DNA of 64,000 nt, taken from assembly GCA_951406725.2 (NCBI GenBank), contig OX597838.1, positions 2,418,001-2,482,000 of the forward strand, read 5' to 3'. The DNA is from Octopus vulgaris. Its lineage: Eukaryota. A program made the position numbers and the translations under genes. How positions within the stretch are numbered: the stretch's first letter is position 1; each line of letters starts with the position of its first letter. The notes under the pieces are model-generated. The model saw only the letters and a list, made by a program, of their open reading frames with translations, made no database searches and had not been told where the DNA came from. Shown here piece by piece: positions 1 to 11,904 of this stretch.

Positions 1-496
1 GGTTATTGTTGTTCTTGGTGATGTTGTTTATTCATAGATAAGCTTTGATCGAGCTGGCGTACAACCAAAGAAGCACCACACCGTTTTGTATTCCAAATCT
101 AATTGAAGCCAACAAGTCGTTTCTTCATTAAAGACAGTCGGTAGTCACAAGGGTGCGACCCTCACGTTTGGTCGTTCCAGATGCGTGGTTGCTTGGCGAT
201 ATAATTATCGGATATATGGCGGTGCCGACCAAGCAAGTAGCTATTCCAGCTAACTGTCTGCATATGGATTCAATCACGGAGGTGGGTGGATCGATCCCCA
301 GTCGATATCTTAAGACAAAATTAAGACGTTCACAAAACAACTTGAAACATTAGATGCGTCTATAACAGCGTCATTGTATGCAGAAAGGACAGGGTGTATA
401 TTTGTTGCATATGCCCCTGTCTCATGCCTTTTGGGGTTGAGTGTGTGTGTGTGTGTGTGTGTATATGTATATAATTGTGCACATATTTATGTATGC

Positions 497-832
497 ATTC
501 TTTTACTTGTTTCAGTCATTTGACTGCGGCCATGCTGGGGCACCGCCTTTAGTCGAGCAAATCGACCCCAGGAATTATTCTTTGTAAACCTAGTACTTAT
601 TCTATCGATCTCTTTTGAGGAACCGCTAAGGTACTGGGATGTAAACACACAAGCATATACACATATATATGTACGACGGGCTTCTTTCAGTTTCCTTCAC
701 ATCTACTCACAAGGCTTTGGGCTGCCCGAGACTATAGCAGAAGACACTTGTCGAAGGTGCCACGCAGTGGGACTGAACCCGGAACCATGTGGTTGGGAAG
801 GAGGCTTCTTACCACATAGCCACTCCTGCGCC
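497..832 (-). mobile_element. tRNA-derived SINE, family A, near full-length copy
   Basis: The minus strand starts GGCGCAGGAGTGGCTATGTGGTAAG (A-box-like) ... GGTTCAGTCCC (B-box-like). The body contains AAGTGTCTTCTGCTATAG...GAAACTGAAAGAAGCCCGTCG and an internal microsatellite, and the tail ends CCAGCATGGCCGCAGTCAAATGACTGAAACAAGTAAAAG. The same sequence recurs at least 7 more times in the window. Confidence 0.9.
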
Positions 833-839
833 TATATAC

Positions 840-904
<65 letters not shown>

Positions 905-950
905 GATATACACACACGCACTCACATACATATATACATATATACATTAT

Positions 951-984
<34 letters not shown>

Positions 985-1246
985 ACATACACACGAATGT
1001 ATGCATGTATATGTGCGCATAAATGCTTCTTTCTGCATGCATGTGAGAGTCTACATGTGTATAACCTTACTACACTTGGCTGTATATGTGTGAATTTATA
1101 TCGGGCCATAACTTTGTGTATATATATATATATGCAGCAGATTTTTTTTCTTTTTTCTCCTTTTGTATGTAAAAGGGTGCAGTTTGTAACGAAAGATTTC
1201 TCATTTGCTTCACACTGAAAGAAAAGCGAATTGGATTTTCTTGTAT

Positions 1247-1276
1247 CCACTTCCAGCCACTTCCGGTCACTTCCGG
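1247..1276. promoter_or_regulatory. Three tandem ETS-type motifs with a 10-bp period (putative cis-element)
   Basis: CCACTTCCAG-CCACTTCCGG-TCACTTCCGG; the reverse complement CCGGAAGTG matches the ETS/GABP consensus. Function is inferred only. Confidence 0.3.
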
Positions 1277-1657
1277 TGACATGAGAAGTAAATCAGTGAA
1301 AACGAGGTAAGACTTTTGTTACAGCAGAGTCTCGTTCTTATGGATCGACGCTTCTAGAACATCCATTGTCATCGATAATAATCCAATGGCCAGGAATAAG
1401 GAACAGCAGTATTCTGTGCATGGTGGGGGGGGGGGGGCGAGAAGGAGGTTGAGCGTGGGTGTACGTGAGCACGTGCGTTCGTGTATGTGTGTATGTATGT
1501 ATGCGTGAGTTTTGAGGTGTATGTCTGTGTTAATCTGTGGCAAGGGTAAGTAAAGCGGATCTCGAAGATTGTGTTATATATGTGAAAGGAAGAAAGAGGG
1601 GGGAGTGTGAGTGGAGTTGTGTATATGTTTCTATGTGTATGAGTGCGTGTGTAGTAG

Positions 1658-1702
<45 letters not shown>

Positions 1703-1857
1703 TGTGTTGTGACGTGTGTGTAAGAATGTGTGAGCGGTCATCTTAGAGGTTGCTGAGGTAAGTGCTTGTGTGTGCATGTGTGTATGGTGGTTTGCAATGG
1801 AGTATGTGTGTAAGAGAGAAACAGCTGTGAGGTGTTTGTGTTAAAAGAAGAGAGCGA

Positions 1858-1916
<59 letters not shown>

Positions 1917-2484
1917 TGTGTTTGTGTGTATATAATGCGTGTAGGTGTTCGTATGTGCAAAAGTCATTAAGAATTGTGTATAAGCGTCTATGAAGTGGCA
2001 AAAGCGTGGGCGTATGTGTGTGTGTGTGTGTGGGTGTATGTGTGTGTGTGTGTGAGACGGCAGCCGTTAATCATATTAAAAACAGTGACATCCAGAAGAA
2101 GAACAACAAAGAAAAACATTAAACCAACACTAAAATAAAACAGAAGTTTCCAAAAGTAAAATGAAACATAATTATAATAAAAAAAATAATAAACATAACA
2201 ATAATTTCCTATGTATATATGTGTGTGTGTGTGTTTGTGTGTTGTGTGCATGTGCGTGTGCAGAGAGAGGGAGAGAAAGACAGAGAGAGAGAGAGAGGGA
2301 CGGAGAGAGAGACAGAATATCGAAGAGATATATGTGTGCGTACGTACAGGTGCTTGCGTATGTGTGAAGAACTACGTGTGTGAATGTGCGTGCGTGTGTG
2401 TGTGTGTGTGTTTTATTATTTTTTTTAAATGAAAACGCCGGTTGATGAAACCAACTGATAAAAATATCAACAATGGCAACAACT

Positions 2485-2705
<221 letters not shown>

Positions 2706-2832
2706 GAAAACGATGGCAACAATAATAAAGTTTTCATTTATTATCACAAAATCGATGAATGGACGATTTTACCACGACGAGACACAAAGCCGTGGGACGG
2801 TCTTAAATGGAACGACAAAAATATATCAATGA

Positions 2833-2858
2833 ACTACTACTACTACTACTACTACTAT

Positions 2859-2914
<56 letters not shown>

Positions 2915-2916
2915 TA
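2833..2916. repeat. (TAC)n microsatellite
   Basis: Directly visible; it is the source of the poly-Y/L/S ORFs. Confidence 0.95.
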
Positions 2917-2950
2917 TGTATATATAAACATATGTATGTGTGTGTATGTA

Positions 2951-3008
2951 GAAATGAACTTTCGATCTAGCGATCGTGAATGCAACAGCCTAACCACTAG
3001 ACCACGCA
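2951..3008 (-). mobile_element. Isolated SINE tRNA head (inverted duplicate of the adjacent SINE head)
   Basis: The minus strand reads GTGCGTGGTCTAGTGGTTAGGCTGTTGCATTCACGATCGCTAGATCGAAAGTTCATTTC; 43/46 identical to 3011-3056. Confidence 0.8.
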
Positions 3009-3010
3009 CC

Positions 3011-3246
3011 TGGTTAGGCTGTTGCATTCACGATCACTAGATCGAAGGTTCGTTTCCCCGTGTAGGTGGCGTGCTCTGTTCTTGAGGAATACACTTCATG
3101 TCACGTTGCTACAGCAACCTCTTCGCTGGCTGCTTCCTTCGCCAGCGGAGCGGCGTCATTTGAGGCCTAAAGGCATGCAAAAGCTGATTGTGACCAGCGA
3201 TGTATAACAATACCTGATAGCCTGGTGGGTCACCTCACCATGTGAT
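3011..3246 (+). mobile_element. tRNA-derived SINE, family D (head and core related to family C, distinct tail)
   Basis: Head TGGTTAGG...CACGATC...GGTTCGTTTCC. The core TGTTCTTGAGGAATACACTTCATGTCACGTTGCT resembles 50451-50490. The tail GTGACCAGCGATGTATAACAA... ends at (TA)n. Confidence 0.7.
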
Positions 3247-3273
3247 ATATATATATGTATATGTGTATATAGG

Positions 3274-3375
<102 letters not shown>

Positions 3376-4395
3376 ATATATGTGTGTGTGTGAGTGTATG
3401 TATATATAACATACATGTATGTATATATACTCGTGTTTTGAGTTGTATTTTTCATGTTTGCACCAACGAAACCTACATCTGTTCGTACGTGTGCAGGTAT
3501 GTAAATGTATATGTGTGTCTACGTTTGTGTAAGTATGTGACTGCATGTTTGCATATGTATATGTGAGTGTGTATAGATGAGTAGATCTATCTATGTGGGT
3601 GTATACATCTGTATCTATATATGTATGTATATGTGAATATACACATACGTGTAAGATGCGAGGAACTTTGTTTACCACCAAGAAGCGCAACAGTAATTCA
3701 TTAGAAAAAATAATTGAGTTAGAGATAATTAAGTAAATTTGAATATTTTGCGAAAAAAAAACTTTTTTTTTCTTTCCAGAAATTTTTTTTAAAATTCAGA
3801 ATAAAATTTTAGATTCCTTATTTACTTTAGCGTCCATATTTATCTACATTTATTTATTTATTTATTTATTTGTATTTTTGTTTATTTGTTTGTTTGTTTA
3901 TGGTCCGTTTTCATTAAAGTCAATTTGGACTCATTCTTGGTTTGTCTCTAATAATTCTGACAGAACGAACGCTTAAAGAACACCTGAAGATTTTCAGCAT
4001 TTCTTTTATTGAAAGTGAAATCACGTGGTTTGAACTAGTGCAAACACGAATATCGCTCCTTGTGGAATATAACATATTCAAACTATAAACCGCTAATTAA
4101 CCGGCCTATCTAAGCAATCTAAGCAATTAACAAGCGAAACCTAATTCTAGGATTATTTCAAATATAGAATCCCTTAAGGGTGATGATTTCAGTGAAATAA
4201 ACGGAATGTTCGGACAGTAAAAGCAATTCAAATAGGAAATGGTTTCGTGTTTGATAGTGAAAGTAACAGGCATGTTTCAGTTTTGTGAGAACTCTTCAGC
4301 GAAAGATTTTACTACGCAGTTGAATAAGCTTGACTTCCGAGGTTCCGCCAGCTAAGGAACATATGTAGCCTGGATTTTACTTGCTCCATCCCCTC

Positions 4396-4437
<42 letters not shown>

Positions 4438-4516
4438 CATAGACACACATACATACACACACACACACATATATATATATATATGTACACATACACACAC
4501 ACACATATACATATAT

Positions 4517-4600
<84 letters not shown>

Positions 4601-5107
4601 TGACGCAAATGAATTTGTATAATTCTAATCCAGAAACGCGTCCATAATTAATCGAAGACTGTTTGATTTCGTTCTTTTTTCTTCTTTTTGCCTTTTTTTT
4701 GTGAGTTACAAATATTATTATCTGTAGAATCATATTTGTAGTGAAAAGAATTAGCTGTCTTTTGGCTGCTACTTCTAAATTTTCGGTATGTGGTGAAGCA
4801 AGATGTTGCTAAACCCTTAATTACCAATATCAATTCCTTCTGGAAACTATCTTAAGTATTTCCTTGAGAACGATTATTTATGTAATCTTTTGTGCCCAAT
4901 ATTTTAAGGAACTTGTTGAACTTTTTTATGTCCTTAACATGTCCCTGTTACCAAAGACTGTATATATTTATATAATGTAGCAATTTGCAACAACCAATAA
5001 TTAACGCAACCAAACTTCCACATGTTACTTTTGAGAATCTTTTTCCAAAGAGTGAAACCGGTAAAGTAAATAGACATCTTTTAAATTGCATTTTCAAACC
5101 TTCTTTC

Positions 5108-5153
<46 letters not shown>

Positions 5154-5164
5154 ATGCATGTATG

Positions 5165-5325
5165 TATAGATATATGTGCGTGTGCTTGTCCCCTATCGTT
5201 TGTGCTTTGTTTACCTCCCTGGGAAACGAACCAATAGAATGTTTACCAAACTTCACATATATGTAAAAGGGTCTCTTTTCCGACTAAACCCTACAAGGGG
5301 TAATCAGAGCAGGCGTATGATATTC
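5165..5325 (+). mobile_element. Degraded 3' half of SINE family A
   Basis: TTGTCCCCTATCG...ACCAATAGAAT...CGACTAAACCCTACAAGGGGT resembles the family A tail at 51420-51560. Confidence 0.45.
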
Positions 5326-6339
5326 GATGTGCATGACATTTCAAATGCAATGAATCTCCGAATCGGTAAAATGTCAGAAGGAAGCATCTTGTGGCATAGG
5401 TTTACACTTTCGCCGCATATACTGACTTAGCTTTTCATCCACATGAAATCGATAAAAATATAGTTCTCACAAACAGGCCAATATAATCAACTCTAACGTT
5501 GAACTTAGTCCTACAGCATGGCCACAGTCCGTTGATAAAGAGAGACATAAACAGTAGCATTGTGAATGAACACGTGAATTACATAAACCGTCTGTCTAAT
5601 TCACTGGTATTCTTAAACTATATTTGTGTTTTTATAAGGTGTTCATGTTGGTGTTTTTTTTTATTACCCACATATATTTCATTTATAATAAATTTAACTA
5701 CGAATTTGCGTGACTTTGAATTAACCCCGTCGTTTAAACTACATTAATATTGTATTTAAATCGACGTTCGTCTATTGTTGTGGTCGTCGTTGACGATGAT
5801 GATGATGATGAAGATGATGATGCTAAAGATGATGGCGATGGTGATGATGATGATGATGATGATGTTGATGATGACGATTATGATGATGATGATGATGATG
5901 ATAATGTTTTTGTTGTATTCGATAATTTGTGTGTTATATGTATGTGTGTGCATGTGCGTGTGCGTCTGTGTGTGGATGTGTATGCTCACGTGTGTATATG
6001 TATGTGTGTATGTGCGTGTGCATATGTGTGTGTCCGTGAGTGTGTGTGTGTGCGTGAGTGTGTGTGTGTGGGAGGGTGGTGTCTAAGTGCGTTCTTTATA
6101 TGTACAATTGTAAAGATAGTGAAATATCATTTTTAAAAAAACGAATTTTAACGGAGGTGTGCGAGTGCGCACTGCTGCGTATAATGATAGCTGTTCTCTG
6201 TACTCGGTACTCACGCATTTTCCCTTTCTCTTTCTCACACTCTCACTTTCCCTCGCTCCCTCACTCTCACTCTTTTTCTCTCTCACACACACACACCCAA
6301 ACCCTAACACACAACACAGAGAGACACGTACACAAACAC

Positions 6340-6443
<104 letters not shown>

Positions 6444-6742
6444 ATATATATATATGTATGCTTATTATATATACACATATATGTATGCATATAGCATATA
6501 CATATGATATATATATATATATGTGTGCGTGTCTGTGTATGTGTGTATGCTTATTATATATACACATATAGGTATGCATATAGCATATACATATAATATA
6601 TATATATATACATTTATATATATATATGTATGTATATTATATATACACATATATATATGTATATGCATATAGCATATACATATAATATATATATATATAC
6701 ATTTATATATATATATATACATAAATATATATATATACATAA

Positions 6743-6800
<58 letters not shown>

Positions 6801-6839
6801 ATAAATATATGTACGCCCATAACACACGCACATATATAC

Positions 6840-6901
<62 letters not shown>

Positions 6902-7500
6902 ATCTATGTATGTAGAAATGTATGTATGCAAACGCATGTGTTATTGTGTATGTTTTTGTGTGTCTTAGAAACATTTCCGGTTCAGTGATAAACATTTGAG
7001 TATCATATTAAAAATACAATGAAATATGAAAATATCCTGTCTTATTCAAAACCTTAACCTAACAAGGAACCTATTATTCTTCTTCTTATTGCTGTCATTA
7101 TTGTTGTTGCAGTTATTATTGTTGCTTTTCATTGCAGAATGAATCGGTTGACTTTATATATATTACATGTTAGTTTTTCTCCAAACCCTGTCCCCCACCC
7201 CACACACCATATACACGTATACATTGTGTATAAAATAATGTAATTTTAATACGTTACATTTATTATTAACAGAAATTTTGTTATAATAGCTTTTTATCGT
7301 TTTCATTTTACTTCAAATATAACTCACCCCGTAATGACTTATGATTTACAGCACCGAAGCCAAACTAACCACACTCACATACATATACACACACATATAT
7401 ACAATCTCTCACGCTTAGACATATACATTTATAAATATTAGACTCACAACGTATACAGTTATAAATATTAGACTCTCAACATATACAGTTATAAATATTA

Positions 7501-7662
7501 TATTTCTTTATTGCCCACAAGGGGCTAAACATAGAGAGGACAAACAAGGACAGACAAAGGGATTAAGTCGATTACATCAACCCCAGTGCGCAACTAATAC
7601 TTTATTTATCGACTCCGAAAGGATGAAAGGCAAAGTTGACCTCGGCAGAATTTGAACTCAGG
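7501..7662 (-). mobile_element. 5'-truncated SINE family B, copy 1
   Basis: The minus strand reads CTGAGTTCAAATTCTGCCGAGGTCAACTTTGCCTTTCATCCTTTCGGAGTCGATAAA...TTTAGCCCCTTGTGGGCAATAAAGAAATA. It is flanked by the 13-bp direct repeat GTTATAAATATTA. Confidence 0.9.
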
Positions 7663-7704
7663 TTATAAATATTAGACTCCCAACATATACAGTTATAAAT
7701 ATTA

Positions 7705-7866
7705 TATTTCTTTATTGCCCACAAGGGGCTAAACATAGAGAGGACAAACAAGGACAGACAAAGGGATTAAGTCGATTACATCAACCCCAGTGCGCAACTA
7801 ATACTTTATTTATCGACTCCGAAAGGATGAAAGGCAAAGTTGACCTCGGCGGAATTTGAACTCAGG
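7705..7866 (-). mobile_element. 5'-truncated SINE family B, copy 2 (duplicate of 7501-7662)
   Basis: Identical to copy 1 except GGCAGAA versus GGCGGAA. Confidence 0.9.
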
Positions 7867-8333
7867 TTATAAATATTAGACTCCCAACATATACAGTTAT
7901 AAATATTAGACTCACAACATATACAGTAACACAGAAAGGAAAATACATACAAAAACCTGCGCGCCCACCACTACCAGCGAATACGCGTGCCTCTAAAAAG
8001 CGCACGCACATACATTAGAACGTAACAAGGAGAGTCACTCTTGCAATCTCTACTTACTGTTACCACATCTTTTTCTCTGGTTCGAGCGAAACGTCTTTCG
8101 TTTCCCTTCACCGCCAGCCATCTCTAATTTCTGGTCAGATATAACATGGCTTGACACAGTTTTAAAACGGATTTCCACACAAGTGCATCGTCTTCTTTCT
8201 TTCGTATTCTCTGTCAATCTCTCATCTTTCTCAACGACGGCTTAGACGCAGAACGTCAGAGACATCTCAGGATATTTCTTGCTCGAAAACCTATAATTAC
8301 GCATTGTCTTTCTTGTTCTCTTTGCTTCATCTT

Positions 8334-8390
<57 letters not shown>

Positions 8391-8773
8391 TACATATATG
8401 TATGTGTGCATACTTGCATACACACACACACTCACATATACATATATAGTTCAAAATTACGCACAATAAAAAACAAAAGGTAGAGACAGGTAAGGGAACA
8501 ACAGTGTGATTTAATTTGTACCACTTATATAAAAGCGTGTGTTAGCTTTAATGGTGTTAGAATATATAAACTGGGGTTCAGGGTCCCTCAATAGGGTTAC
8601 TAATTTTGATGTCTCTAGAGGCACCCTAACCTTTCACTTTCTGGCTCCTATCGCCACAACATGGTACACTACTTTAGCGGCAAATGAGAGGATTTTGTTA
8701 ATACTGCACCAATAGGCGAAGGACTTCAGGCAAGACCGGTATTGTAATCATTCAGCACCCCTATTATAATTTT

Positions 8774-8810
<37 letters not shown>

Positions 8811-8814
<4 letters not shown>

Positions 8815-8865
8815 TGTTCACTGACAAAAATCCGTGCAGCACGGATTTTTGTCAGTGAACAGGAT
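8811..8865. repeat. Perfect palindrome with 27-bp arms and a 1-nt spacer
   Basis: ATCCTGTTCACTGACAAAAATCCGTGC-A-GCACGGATTTTTGTCAGTGAACAGGAT. Confidence 0.97.
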
Positions 8866-8891
8866 TTTAGCGACGAAAATATTTTGACAAA
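8848..8891 (+). ncRNA. Minimal type I hammerhead-ribozyme-like motif (G3-C8 variant, damaged helix II)
   Basis: Helix I TTTGTCA(8848-54)/TGACAAA(8885-91) is a perfect 7 bp. Core GTGAACA-G; GCGAC-GAAA (GAAA at 8875-78); palindromic helix III A-ATAT-T; predicted cut after U8884. Confidence 0.55.
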
Positions 8892-9026
8892 TTAAACTTA
8901 AATGTTGAAGTGAATCGAACGGCTTTTGTGTGTTTCTTAAATGGCTTACAAACACCTTCCACGCTACAATTGTTTTCGTTTCAGCACACGATCTCAGATC
9001 AAATCACTTGCTATGCGAGTACATCT

Positions 9027-9105
<79 letters not shown>

Positions 9106-9223
9106 TTGTTGTATTTCGGAATGGTCATTTTGTCAGTTTAGCCAATAAAAACACACGCACCATGTATTTGGTGTTACTTTGCTTCAGCGTTTTTTATTTT
9201 TTACATTAATCTTAATCTTATTT

Positions 9224-9269
9224 CGGCGAGAGTTCTTTCGTCACACTTCTGTGACCGCATCAGTAGTCC
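9224..9269 (-). ncRNA. Minimal type I hammerhead-ribozyme-like motif (degenerate)
   Basis: The minus strand reads GGACTA-CTGATGC-G-GTCACA-GAAG-TGTGAC-GAAA-GAAC-TC-TCGCCG. Helix II is a perfect 6 bp with a tetraloop, the core has A9 changed to C, and helix I is only partly paired. Confidence 0.5.
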
Positions 9270-9450
9270 TTTGCTTTCTTCTTTCTTATATATAAAATTC
9301 ATAGCAACAGAAGCAGAATTCATTCAAAAGGGCAATATTTATATCCAACTCAACGTGAATGATTTGATGGAACACTGAATAATGCATTATTTACCCTGAA
9401 ATATTAGACTCTTATATGGAGAGAGAGAGGGACAGAGACAAGGAGAAAGA

Positions 9451-9533
<83 letters not shown>

Positions 9534-9772
9534 ATCTGTATATCTATGCTTATTTGAATTTTCTTCTAATATAGGATACATTTTTTTCCAAAAAATTTTA
9601 TCAAGTGGCCGGCATATTAAAATACCTTTTAAGGTGAAAATTATAAACAATTATAAATAAGGGCAAAAGAAATAAAATTCTATTACAATAAGCTGAAAAA
9701 CAGATAATATACATCACCAAAAATACACAACGTGCTGAATCGAGAAAAGCAAGCTAACTGAATATGCTTATT

Positions 9773-9848
<76 letters not shown>

Positions 9849-10330
9849 TATATATATATCAAGAGAGTGAAGGAGAGATAGATCTTCTATAAATAAACAT
9901 ATATATATATGTCTATATGTTTGTATGTGTAGGTATGTCTACGCATCTAGGTGTTTATATATATATATACATATAAATGATATAACCATGTCATTCCAGT
10001 GTGTACACTGTATCTGAACACTTAAGGCGGCGATGAAGGAAATCTGAGAAAGTTCCTATAATGGCAGTAGACAATTTCGCCAAACCTCGACATACAAATT
10101 GAAACTTGTCAAAACCACAGAATTCATAATCAAATGTGCAATTAACAGCCAGCGAAATTATGATTAGGTCTCCGTTACCCGCCAATCCATACACACTCAC
10201 CCACCCTCGCAGACAATATCCAGCTCATAGAAATAGAGCGAAGCATTGTAACGCAGTTCCCGTGTCGCCGCTTGTCTTAAACAGCGATGCCTACCGCAGT
10301 TCTTTCGCACAAGAAAATCTCTTGCTTCAG

Positions 10331-10370
10331 ATATTGTCGGAGATTGTCGGACATTGGCGGACATTGTCGA
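10331..10370. repeat. Four tandem 10-mers (consensus ACATTGTCGG) in unique sequence
   Basis: ATATTGTCGG AGATTGTCGG ACATTGGCGG ACATTGTCGA. Confidence 0.8.
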
Positions 10371-11414
10371 ATCTTTATGAAGCGAACGAAATTAGTTTGG
10401 AAATTTGATCATACGAAATGACAAGAAGGAGTCTAGTGTTGACAGTTATAGATGGACATAGGAGCAGATATATTAATATTACGGTATTGCAATGTATCTA
10501 TGTATGCACATATAAATATATATATATATATAAATATATATATAATTATATATGTATAAATATATATGTATATATTGCAAATATACGTACATGCAGAAAT
10601 ATAGAGAACTATAGCACTTTGAAATAGCAGAGCTGTCTTCTATTTCGCATGGTTATTATTTGTGATATGAATAGATTATTAATTCCGAAACAGACGCATA
10701 TGTAGGTGCTTATGGATGTATATGTAGGAATGAATATATATCTATACATACATATATATATATATATGTGTGTGTGTGTGAGTGTGTGTGTGCGCGCGCG
10801 TGTGTGTGTGTGTGTGTGTGTAAGTATGTATATATATATGTATATGTATGTATATAATTTTATATGTATGTGTTTATATATGTATATATATACATAAATA
10901 TATACATACACACACATATATATATACAGATGAAGATATTTGTATATATATGGATGTATGCATACGTAATTTCACAAATATACACTGACACACACGCACA
11001 CGCGCACGCTCGCACACACGCACACATATATATATACACGCACCTACACAAAAGAAGTTTTATCATAACTTTCCATCATGAATACTATATGTCGTCGTCG
11101 TCATCGTCATCATCATCCTCATCATCACCACCACCACCACCACCAGCGCCACCAGCGCCACCGCTGCCGCCACCGCCATCATCAGGAGCGTCAACATCCA
11201 CATCTTTCTTTTTTTTTTCCCTATTGTTTCATTCATCTCGCCATGTTTCTGTCATTTTAATTTCAGCCATTTTCCATCTCAGCTTATTATTTTTTTTTTT
11301 GGTGCCTATATTCCTCACCTATATTTCTACCTTTTCCATTTTACCTGTCCTTCTTCTTCCTTCTACCCATTTATCTAATATTTTGTTTCAGTTCTAAACT
11401 TTTCCTCAGTCAGT

Positions 11415-11458
11415 CATCACCATCATCATCATCATCGTCATCATCATCATCATCATCG

Positions 11459-11508
<50 letters not shown>

Positions 11509-11524
11509 GTCATCATCATCATCG

Positions 11525-11579
<55 letters not shown>

Positions 11580-11608
11580 CGTTATCATCATCATCATCAT
11601 CATCATCA
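11415..11608. repeat. (CAT)n microsatellite with CGT interruptions
   Basis: Directly visible. Confidence 0.95.
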
Positions 11609-11868
11609 ATACCAATATACATCACTCTCATAACACTTATTTATGGAGTAGTTACAAACGAAACCAATATCTTTTATCTTTTCCATTGTTTTTTTTTTTT
11701 TTGCAGAACTGACGAATACGGGGAAATAAACTATCCAACGCCGGTTCTCACGTGGTGGTGGGGATAAAAAAAAGACACATACGCACTCTCTCTCACACAC
11801 ACATACAGACACCCCCAATACTTATGCAGATACACACCCACACCCACATACAGACTCACACCGGCTCC

Positions 11869-11901
<33 letters not shown>

Positions 11902-11904
<3 letters not shown>

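Larger units (their letters stand above)
7429..7926. repeat. 30-bp minisatellite (TTATAAATATTAGACTCNCAACATATACAG) containing a 204-bp tandem duplication
   Basis: 30-mers at 7429, 7459, 7663, 7867 and 7897. Segment 7459-7662 is repeated at 7663-7866 with about 2 substitutions. Confidence 0.95.

Noticed and set aside
5265-5320. Minus-strand CTGATTACCCC...GGGT...GGAAA as a possible ribozyme
   Set aside because: It is explained as the degraded tail of SINE family A.
7429-7926. Repeat-spacer-repeat pattern superficially like a CRISPR array
   Set aside because: The 'spacers' are two near-identical SINE fragments, the context is eukaryotic and there are no cas genes.
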